Below, one piece after another: positions 53,570 through 64,000 of a stretch of DNA of 64,000 nt (the first letter of the stretch is position 1; the number at the start of each line of letters is the position of its first letter). The stretch spans positions 38,164,664 through 38,228,663 of the forward strand of contig CM074520.1 of assembly GCA_037379345.1 (NCBI GenBank). Reading direction: 5' to 3'. The notes below the pieces were generated by a model. That model was given only the letters and a program-made list of their open reading frames with translations. It searched no databases and had not been told where the DNA came from. The position numbers and the translations under genes are program-made. This DNA is from Perna viridis (taxonomy: Eukaryota).

Positions 53570-53584
53570 AGTCTTTCGCCGAGT
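53570..53584 (-). CDS. Predicted 15-nt micro-exon ACTCGGCGAAAGACT (phase 2 = L-G-E-R-L)
   Basis: ctttcatttctcgtttaag|15 nt|gtgagt. Confidence 0.68.
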
Positions 53585-54770
53585 CTTAAACGAGAAATGA
53601 AAGCATTCAGTTGACAACTTTGTCAATGGTCTATTTAGTAGTCCCTTGATTATATTGGAAAATTTGTTACAATTGGTAGAAATACTTATACATTTGAACA
53701 CTTACATCTACGTGGTATTCTATTTGTAGTAAAGATCAAGATAATATTTTGTTAGTGTACAAACTTTTGGCATTTACTCACAGATAGTTTTTAATTGTGA
53801 GCAGGTTTTGTGAATTAACGATTCACAAAATGTACAATGCCAAGAAGTTGGTTAGGCGAGCTTTACTTGGTCAAACATTTTAAAGAAAGCCTGGTGATTT
53901 AAATTCTAATGGTTAAATTTTAAAAAAATTAAGTCTTATTCCTTCATCAAAGCCATATCTAGTTTGAAAATATTTTAATGGCGTACTGCAAATGGCGGAC
54001 TTTAATGACGTAAGAGTACTAAGTTAGTTTAAGGATAACACTTTGCCCTGATGAGAAATAAGCAGTCAAATTTTTTTTACACTGAACTAAACAACACGTT
54101 TATAAAGCCATGCATATATATATGAGATCGTGATACCATGTCTATCAACAAGTACCCATTACACGATATATAGTACTTCACTGCAGAAAAAAGCGCGGTA
54201 ATTCAGTCAGAAAGGGGATATACCGCAATTCACGGCAAAGTGGTCAATTCCAAGGTCTACGCGATCTAAAATCACATTTTAAAAGTTGGTATTTGACAAT
54301 CAGTGTCAAGAATTAAACGATGATTGATATTCTGGTCATTTCGACATTTATTTGGCAGCCAAAAATTAAATAGCGTATTACAATAACTTAATACGTTAGT
54401 TTTAGATGTATTTTAACAAAGGCAACGACAAAATGGTTCACAGCAGAATATCATTGAAAGCAATTTAAAATTATCATTGGAATTTCCAGGTGCTATTTTT
54501 TAACGACAAGGTATCTTCTAGAATATTTTTTTTTTCAATTGCTTAACCATAGAAAATATCCGAATAATTAATGAATTGTTCGCTTCTGGCTTATACATGT
54601 TCCTAATATGCATGTACAGTATATATGAAACGGCTAAAACATATCTGCATTATCTTGATGTTCTCTTTTGTGGGTAAACGAAAACTTTATAAGTGTTTCA
54701 TATTAATTTAGAAAAAAACAGTTGGTCATAATGATATTATTGCAGATATTATAACTATATTAATACTTAC

Positions 54771-54779
54771 AAAATGTAG
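54771..54779 (-). CDS. Predicted 9-nt micro-exon CTACATTTT (phase 2 = Y-I-L)
   Basis: gattgtttctttttttttag|9 nt|gtaagt. Confidence 0.7.
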
Positions 54780-55022
54780 CTAAAAAAAAGAAACAATCAT
54801 TACTTCACTTTAAAAATAATAACCATCAAATCATACAAAATGTTGAATTAAATAGTCTATCAATTTTGTAGTTCTTTGTTTGTTTGTTTGTTTTATAAAT
54901 GTTGTTGTTTTGTTTGTTTTCTCTTTTTCTTCATTTTTTATTCACATTTTGGGGTCTAAATTAAGTATGCTATATCCCAATTAGATATATTTGTCAGTAT
55001 TAAACGGTGTTTTAAATAAACA

Positions 55023-55151
55023 NNNNNNNNNNNNNNNNNNNNNNNNNNNNNNNNNNNNNNNNNNNNNNNNNNNNNNNNNNNNNNNNNNNNNNNNNNNNNN
55101 NNNNNNNNNNNNNNNNNNNNNNNNNNNNNNNNNNNNNNNNNNNNNNNNNNN
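55023..55151. other. Assembly gap (N run) inside a predicted intron
   Basis: run of n. Confidence 1.
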
Positions 55152-55281
55152 ATTTATATTCAAATATTGTGTCATGACAAAACAGTTAACTATTGTATAT
55201 TCACAAATCAGTTTAAATATTCAAATATAAAAATTATTTATGTTTGATTTGTATGAAACAACAATGGTTTAAAATATTTAC

Positions 55282-55299
55282 CTTCGACGTGGATTTTTA
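55282..55299 (-). CDS. Predicted 18-nt micro-exon TAAAAATCCACGTCGAAG (phase 2 = K-N-P-R-R-S; phase 1 = K-I-H-V-E-A)
   Basis: ctgtttctttattccag|18 nt|gtaaat with AAG exon end. Confidence 0.62.
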
Positions 55300-57439
55300 C
55301 TGGAATAAAGAAACAGTATGTTCAATTAGAAAATGGCATAGGGATTATAATGAAACCGGATATAAATACAAATTACTGTAGCCTTTTATGAATTAATAAA
55401 CTATCGTATATGATATTTAGATCCCGGATTATAGATTACTCTTCTACTTTCGTAGAAACTGTAGAAGTTAAACTCGATAGTAAATGTTCGAGGGTTGTTT
55501 TAATATATTATAATATTAAGCATATTTCCTTTTCTTCTTCAAATATAGACTGTTAGTTCATTTCTGTATACAATTACATTAAGATTCATATATTCTAAAG
55601 AAAACGCTATCAATAAAATTTGAATATTTTACCATAATGTCGCCATGCAGATTTTTAGTTGAAAAATAATACGGAAATCAATCAACATGAAAAAAAAAAA
55701 CAGAACCATTTAAGTGTTCAACGGTCTGAGACGGTATAATTGAAAGCAATCAATCAAGATTTTATTGTAACTATGGGAAGTTTCTGTTTATATTTGTAAA
55801 ACCATATCATACAATGGCAAAAGAGTCCATCAAAAGAAAGAGACCGCTATTCCAAAATTATACTTTAAGGGCATCACTTGGGTAAATAAGTATTTAAGTA
55901 GATTAAATGCCTTTTGCTTGATTTTAAAAGCTAATAACACGCCAAAATAAATGTGCGCATTTTCTGTGATCGGGGGAAATAATTTTATAATATAAACACA
56001 AATTTAAAAGATACAAAAATACACTACTTTTCGAGTTTCAAATGTAAAATTTCTAAGGATCAACTACATTGGTTTTTCGGAAACTGCATTCTGAAAGAAA
56101 TGTTCATGCTTTACGCAAGGATGTTAAGGTACTTTCGTGTATGTTTTGTAAGGGGGAGACAACTCTGTCATGACGTCAATTGGTAACCATAGAAACGGCT
56201 ACGCCATTACCCTCGCTTCGTTCATAAAATGGTGTTTTATTTCAATATTTTACGGGTCTTTATAGCTTTGGTTTTGTTTGCATTCGGTAGAAATAAATGT
56301 ACTCTTTTTAGTTTTGCGTGTTAGATGAAAGAAAACTCTATTTAATAGTGAACATATGTCATTTTGTGAATGTGCATATAATTAGTCGTGGGCGGAGCTT
56401 TTTACATTATATGGAAAACGACGTTGGCGAGAAGCTTGAAAATTTTCTGTCAGCTGTTTGCCCGTTGTTCGAGAAAAGGAAGGAGAAAACAACGCTATAT
56501 CGTAATCTCACATCTATTCCAATGTACCAACGTATGGGATGATAACTGCAGGTGATGTTTATATACTGTTGTTATAGATTTAGTATTATTTTTGCTCATA
56601 CACGTTACTTGGCCTTGGGTCAAAATTAAAATCATGCATATTCTATTTGGCTATAGCTCAGGAAATTTCAAATACTGGTTGAATCATAGAAATATAGTGT
56701 CCAATTGTACATGTACCTGTAACTACATGTATTGCTAACTGTCTTATATGTTCTCTGTGACCATTCACTGTGTTAACAAAGCAATATTTTTTGCTTTTTT
56801 GTATCCATGCAGACTATAGCCACTTCACTTAATGTCACAATGACATGTTTAATTTCAATAATTGACATTTATAATTGGTCATTTTATCTCCAGTGGTGGG
56901 TTGGCAAAATGTACTGACCCCTTTTTTATAGAAATTTTAGCCAATGTTATGTGCCTACAGTATTTATAATTTTCTTAATTTACAAAATAGAGAATGAATA
57001 AGTATTTCTCATCACCTGCTGTTAAACGTGGGAAAAAATCTGACTTCTTAGTTTCAATAATCCAATGAAGAAAGAAATGTCAGTTTTATTGTCAAAATTA
57101 TACTTGAGTGTCAGAATGATATTCATTTCATATTGAATGATTGTATGACATATAAAATTTGATGCCAATATTTTTTTGTTTTGGTTCAAATGTGTTCAAA
57201 ATTGGAGAAAATCTAGCAATTGTTATGTGCTGACAATATGTATAATTGTTTTTATGAACAGGTTAAAGATTAAAAGGCATTTCACATCAGCTTCTTAGAA
57301 AAGTCATTGAAATCCTAAATTGCATTATTCATTTTATTATCCTACTGCCCGATTTGACATAATTTGGAACTGCTTATCTGAATTTGTTGATACTTTGTAC
57401 ATATTAAATGAAATTGATTCCTCAAGCATTTTACATGTA

Positions 57440-58575
57440 ACTTCATGCATGAAATTGCATGTATAATGTATTATGAATGAATTTATGTGCAGTACTTAGT
57501 CTGAAATTGTAGGTAGAATGCTTGAGGAATGAATTTATGTTCAGTACTAGGTATGAAAATGCATGTAGAATTCATGAGGAATGAATTTAGGTGCAATAGA
57601 AAGTAAAAAAAAATGCATGTTGAATGCATGAGGAATGAATTTCTGTGCAGCACAGGGTAAGAAATGGCAAGCAGAATGCATGAGGAAGGAATTTATGTGC
57701 AGTGTAGAGTAAGAAATGGCAAGCAGAATGCACGAGGAAGTAATTTATGTGCAGTACTAAGTATGAAACTGCATGTAGAATGCCTGAGGAAAGAGTTTTT
57801 GTACAGTGTAGAGTAAAAAATTGGACGTTGAATGCATGAGGAATGAATTTATGTGCATTACAGGGTATGAAGTGGCATGTAGAATGCATGAGGAATGAAT
57901 TTATGTGCAGTTATAACTATGAAACTGCATGTAGAATTCTTGACAAATAAATTTATGTGCAGTAGAGAGTAAAATATTGCATGTAGAATGCATGACAGTT
58001 GAATTTATGTGCAGTACAGGGCATGAAGTGGCATGTGGAATGCATGAGGAATGAATGTATGTGCAGTTTGAAGTATGAAACTGCATGTAGAATGCCTGAA
58101 GATTGAATGTATGTGCAGTAGAGAGTAAACAATTGCATGTTGAATGCTTGAGGAATGAATTTATGTGCAGAAGAGAGTAAAGAGAGTAAAAAAATGCATG
58201 TTGAATGCATGAGAGTTGAATTTCTGTGCAGTACAAGGTATGAAATGGCATGTAGAATGCATGAGAGATGAATTTATGTGCAGTACTAAGTATGAAACTG
58301 CATGTAGAATGCCTGAGGAATGAATTTATGTGCAGTAATGGGTATATAGTTGCATGTAAAATGCATTTAGGGATAAATTATAAGCAGTTATGAGAATTTA
58401 TTGTTCATAGAATGCTTGAGGAATGAATTTCTTTGCAGTACAAAGGTATAATGCATGAGGAATGAATGTATTTGTAGCACGGGATATGAAATGGCATATA
58501 GAATGCATGAGGAATGAATAAATGTTCAGTACAAAGTATGAAATTGCATGTAGAATTCTTGAGGAATGAATTTTT
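57440..58575. repeat. ~58-bp satellite array (gcatgtagaatgcatgaggaatgaatttatgtgcagta...), roughly 19 diverged units
   Basis: direct reading; explains repetitive ORFs 57587-58596. Confidence 0.95.
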
Positions 58576-61500
58576 CAATTGTTTTGAAACTGGCAAAGTA
58601 TTATCAAGTTTAATACTATATTGCTCAAGTCAGTAGTTCAGGTTTAAGTCTTTAAACAGGCAGAGAGAAAAAACAACATAACGAAATGTTTTTAAATGTG
58701 GGTGTATGTAATATCTTAGCAACTATTACAGACAAATAGAAAAATTAGATCTGTATGTATTTGTAACATTTTCTGCAAAACCTTACAAATCTGAACACTA
58801 TATGTAAAAATGTGATCCCTATTTTATGAATGCATAATATTGCAAGTGATTCATTTTATTTCTTTTACATTTGAGGTTGCACCAACAATTTTGGTTGGTT
58901 CTGGCTTATAGCACCAATAATTTACTATGAATGAATCAACAAAATAATGGCTAGTTTATGGAAAGCTGTTTTGACCCATATAATAATATGATATCAAGAG
59001 TATTTAATGTGTGAATATACATGTACATGAATGACAAATGAAGTTCCTGTTGATGACCACCAAATAAGAAATCTTTGTGTTTATAATAAGATAAAGTGTG
59101 AGGAGAAATTGAGTGAAAGAGCCAATGGTAAAGAAGATATTGGTACTTACAATGTATACATAGACAATTACACATCATGTATAGAACATCAGTGTACGTG
59201 TAGATACATGCATTGACAACAATAAACAGAAAGATTATGCGTGCTTTCAAAATATGGTGAAAATAAAGATTATTTGCTTGAATTCTTAAAATCTATTGAA
59301 GTGTCCTCAAATGGACATGGATTCAAAAATAAAATTGTTTCGAATATTACAGATATTACAGGTCAATCAAGTACTGTAACATATGTAAATGAATGGTTTT
59401 TAAACGTAGTATCATTCAAGTAACTAAAACATGTTGCTTCCAAAGCGGTATTCATCACAAACAAGTTCACGAAAATGGACTCTAGGAGTAAAATAATGAA
59501 TCCAAAGGAAAAAAATACTATTTTCCAAGTGAGCCTTACACCATTCCCTTGTGTCAAGGTTTTCTCCTTCGCAAGCAATTTGAATATTGAAATATTTCTT
59601 GTAGATTGTGAGAATTTATAATTCAAAGGAAAAAAGAATCTTTTTTTTCACCTGAACTTTTACAATTTTTTTTTTTTTTTTTTTTTTTTTTCGTGAATGG
59701 GCAAGTCCAAACACAAAAATTACTTTCATTTGTTTCTTCTTTACAAAAACAACTCGTATCTCTTCCAAGTTTGTATTAATTTAGGCATAAACAACACTTT
59801 ATCAAATCACCAAGAAAATGTAGACAATAATATGGTTGATGTACATGTTATTGGCTAAAGTGGTGGAGAGCACAAAGAATGTGTCACATAACGACATGAA
59901 TAACAATGTAATGTTATGGCTATGTTTAAAAAATAGCAAGGCAAATGAACCTAACTCTTTTTAACTATAATTTCCATACATGTAGCTGAATAATAGGTGC
60001 ATGTTATTGTTTTTTCTAAGTCGTTTTGATCTGATCGTATATCCATACATGTTTTTGCAGGATGAACATGATATATGTTTCTGTCTGATGAAATGACTAG
60101 TAACTTCTAAATTATAGTAAAACATTGCATGTCTGACCACAAGGAAGGATGTTGAAAAAATACAGAAAGCTAGCTTTAAATGATCAAAATGAGAAATTTC
60201 AACACCAAACAGAAGCTTGCATCAATTGCTAATTGTGTTACAGATGGCGCAGTCAGAAAATTCAAAGTTCATTTAGCGTTTGAATGGATAGTACGTACAT
60301 GTATACGCTGTAAGTGCCCAAACAAAACTAAGTGTCGGGTAAAATGGCATTAATTCTGATCGGAGCGTGTCAAACATTTTTTTTTGGGGGGGTCAAAACT
60401 GGTGGAAAATCAAGTTTTCACACTAAAATATACATTTTTCCAAAAAAAAAACAAAATGAAACAAAAACACAATAACAACAAAAAAGAAACGGGGGTGCGA
60501 ACGTTCCCTCCGAATTTACTACTGCGTGATTCAAGAGACAGATCCACAAATCTTGGGTCTCGCAAGGCAAACCCAGACAAGTTACTAAAATTAAAATGCT
60601 TGAGGTAAAATCGGCTTTACTTTCCAATTTACATTATATTCTTATATTCAATTGTTCTTTTTATTTTCATTGTATCATTAAAGATAATGATGGGTGATAA
60701 TAAGATACATTACGTATGAGTCGCTTTATAGTTCCGCTAGTTTGCAGTAATTACCATTCTCCTATCAATAATCCTTTGCCTAAACGTTGGATATTTATCT
60801 GATTATAAGGTACATGTACTTGCATCAAAACACGCGCTTCATAGGCGTAAACATTTTAACTAGAATAGTCGTAAACATTCTAGGGAGTGACGTAACGCGA
60901 AATAAATCGACTGAAAGATATTTGACCAGATATACACACGTTGGTTATACCCCTAGTTGTACGAGATAAGCCTTAGCTATAAAACACTTGTAACTTAATT
61001 TTATTGTGATAATTATTAATTTTAAAAGAAGCAGAGTAGGGGTGTGGGCTGAAGTCCCCTTAGCTCCCCAGGTAAATCCGCCACTGCTAAGCACTAAAAT
61101 AGTACTATAATGGAGAAAAACAGGATAGGGTATGTATTAAATGCTAAAATTGCATAAAAAACGAGTCAGACATGCGTTCCAAAGCTTTTTTGGGTTGAAT
61201 AAATAAAAAATCCGATTTTTTTTCCCAAAAAGTAAAAAAATAAATAAATAAATAACTATATCCTGTCCTTGAGTGCCTGTGGAATGGTACTTTGAACAGT
61301 CCCTGCGTAAAAGTAGACTCGACTTTGTAATATTGAAGATTATTTCATTTCATAATTAGTTCATTAAAATTATATTGTTTTAATTTAATATTTTAATAAA
61401 ATGAGAACAAAGTGTTTTAAAATTAAAACTTATTAATTAACCAGTAGTTCCACGTCCATATTTTCTCGGCAGTTAACGTCATGTCGTCATCAGTACAATG

Positions 61501-62150
61501 CGGAATGTCCATTCCATTCTCTTCCGTAGTCCGATTTTGATATTACATTACTATTGTCATTCTTTTGAACGTTTTGATTTACGTCATCTATTACGATTGG
61601 AACTAATTAAATGATGCCACTCTATTTTGATCCAAAAGGACAGGAGGAAGAGCTAAATAGACTCACTAGATTTATGGTGGGATCGATAGCGGAAATTTAA
61701 ATGTTTTTTTTTAAATTGCTGTGACTAATTTACCTTAACTTTTTAACAAATAGAAGAAAGCAAATGAAGTGCAATCTTGATGAAATTTGTAAAAAGAAAA
61801 ACACTGCTTTGACCAAAATTTAAATATGTGTACGATCTCAGGTCACAGCACTTTTTGGATAGTGTAAAGTATGTCAGAATGGGCTGTGGTTGGCTTCCTC
61901 TGTATATTTTGAAGTTTCTGACATTTTATGAAGAAGGCATGTTTTGGTCACGTGATTCATTTCTATTTCAGGAATGTTGAAATTTTTTCATAAAGAATCG
62001 ATGGACTGATATCGTAGAATATGTACATATGTAGTTTTTGTATGAAAAATAAATGTCAAATAGGGGATTTTATTTGGAGGTTGAAACATACTTAAGATTG
62101 AACAGGATTTTTGTCGTTTTTTTTTCTGGAAACTTAACATCGTTGCGTGA

Positions 62151-64000
62151 AGATTAATCAAGGGAACCAAGGTTATAGCAGCAATCAAAAGAATGCAATC
62201 CAGGGACAAAGACCAGGCATGGAAAACAGACATACACAACAAAGAACATAAAGTAACCAAAATCATACATACAAAGTAACAAAAGCAAATGAGCAACTCG
62301 GACTCCAATAAGCATGGACCAGGTACACCGGTAGGGTAAGCGTCTTTTGCTTTTCTAGAAACACCCGCCGAGTTGCTCATAACAAGTCAAGTCCGGGGTA
62401 GACAAACGAGGAAAGGAAAACTATGTTTCGTTTCATGGTGCAGATGGATACATCATAACGATCCACGAGTTCATGATGACGACCATAAAACTTCTGTAGT
62501 GATGACTTGTAGCAACATACCTCTGTTCCAGAAGCCTATTTGTTAGAGTTCTAGCGCGACACAAAAAGTCTGCGTAGTTTCGGCAAGCTCTGGCATAACG
62601 TATGAGTTGTGATATGAACACTCCATACACAGGTTGCCACAGACGAAAGGAAAGTTGACAATTTTGAATGAAAAGTCATCACGTTTGTGGTAAAGTTTGG
62701 TCAATAGTGTTACTTTACCGTCGATTTCTAAGTGTAGGTCAAGATATGAGGCTGACTTCACAGTGTCTGTAGTATCCTTTATCTCAAGTTCTTTGGAGTA
62801 GATGCAATGTACCAAATCCCCAAAATTAGGATTGTTTAAAGATAATACGTCATCTATATAGCGGAAACTGAGATTCAACGATTTAGCCAAACGATATTCT
62901 TTCTTTCCGATCAAATCAGTTAGAAAGACAGCCTCATACGAGTGAAGGAATCAGTCAGCAAGTAAAGGAGTTAAATTTGTTTCCATTGGAATGCCGATCG
63001 TTTGTTGAAAAATACGTCCACCACACTGGACAAATATGTTGCCGATTAGAAGTTCCAGGATTTTGTAATCATCTTCCTCTGTATATTTGGAAGATGATTT
63101 GGAATTATTTCTTACAAAGTATGAGGAATCTCTACCAAGAACTATATATTTGTATCTAGGTGTACCATCTTTTTCGGAAGAAACAACAAAGTATAATGTT
63201 TTTAAGTCTGTATTTTAACTGAGTATGGGGAATAGAAGTATACAGTGTTGAAATATCATAGGTTTTAATGCTATTATATTCAAATAATAGTCTTGAACTG
63301 ATTGTCTCCTAAAGATCTTTCGAATTTTTCAGGATCCACATTGAATTAATACTACTACGGGAGTAACAAGTGTTGTGGTAGGACTACAGACCCTCTTTGA
63401 CAGTTGTGAGTATAGAAGTTAAAAGTTTTGAAAGAGGTTTGGTGGTACATTTTGCAGATCCAGCTATGAAACGTTGTCTGTATGAATTCTTGTGGAGTTT
63501 AGGAATCCAGTACATAGACGGTACATCACAATCATCGTCCTTGGTAGAGACAGATTTATGGTTTTCCACAATCTCTTCTTTGGAGAGTGTGGTAGCAGTA
63601 TAGGTCTCGTCACTGCTATTATTTTGTATGTCTACTTCTTATAATAAACATTGGATGTAAAACGTTTTATAGACAAAAACAATGTTGTTTTGTGCTTTGT
63701 CTGCTGGTATGACAAATACTTGTCATGTATAGTAGACAATGTTTTTGCTACATCGGGGTCTTTGAGAACTGATGTAGCCTTGGCACTCATTTACCTACTT
63801 AAAACTTTCATTCGTTTCAAAATTAAAGATCTCGCGGCCTGTAACCACTGTGATAGTGAATCAATGTCTTCTTGTTCTCTTTTCATCCATTTTCTTGCAT
63901 AGTCCACGACGGCATCCATAAGAACTTTAAAGTTAAAATTCCAATTTATGGAGCATGGTTCACTATACTTGGGACCTTTAGAAACGATATTATGCAGAGA
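62151..64000 (-). mobile_element. Degenerate Penelope-like retroelement, Naiad-type (RT at the C-terminus), continuing beyond the window end
   Basis: KGPKYSEP, PADKAQNNIVFV, PSMYWIPKLHK..RFIAGS, GIPMET, FRYIDDVLS, SYLDL, LYHKRDDF; the ORF ends shortly after the RT thumb with no C-terminal GIY-YIG; internal stop and frameshifts. Confidence 0.92.

Noticed and set aside
53706-53719. Minus-strand 14-nt exon AATACCACGTAGAT|gtaagt
   Set aside because: Weak pyrimidine tract and it would break the frame of the symmetric chain
57587-58596. His/Cys-rich ORFs
   Set aside because: Translations of the 58-bp satellite, whose unit length does not preserve frame
61988-62380. ORF MSNSAGVSRKAKDAYP...LVPLI and its relatives (26656, 31172, 36717) as a membrane-protein family
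   Set aside because: They are translations of the Penelope-like 3' UTR; frames differ between copies
62151-64000. Selenoprotein-type Naiad with in-frame TGA codons
   Set aside because: The disruptions I traced are a TAA stop and frameshifts; no in-frame TGA pattern seen in the part translated

Overview
AT-rich (~30% GC) eukaryotic scaffold, most likely a bivalve mollusc judging by its repeat families, with four N-gaps. None of the supplied ORFs is an intact conventional gene. The recognisable mobile DNA is: about ten fragments of one Penelope-like (Naiad-type) retroelement family (largest 62151-64000, minus strand), a decayed DIRS tyrosine-recombinase retrotransposon (~41.6-44.9 kb), several MITE-like palindromes, and three satellite types (11, 28 and ~58 bp units). 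Positions 1.6-25.7 kb are nested tandem duplications (~10-11 kb unit, older ~2.5 kb modules, a near-identical 1.5 kb pair). The main discovery, invisible to the ORF track, is two convergent paralogous chains of frame-preserving micro-exons with canonical splice sites. Minus strand: 18, 9, 15, 18 nt (55299->52789). Plus strand: 9 (duplicated), 15, 18 nt (12417/22525->29719). In phase 2 they splice to ...KNPRRS-YIL-LGERL-DCKRCG and ...FLG-QGVFL-DCKKCG. Dead copies of these exons lie in the duplicated modules, suggesting a micro-exon gene family undergoing exon birth and death. First and last exons and the reading phase cannot be fixed without transcripts.
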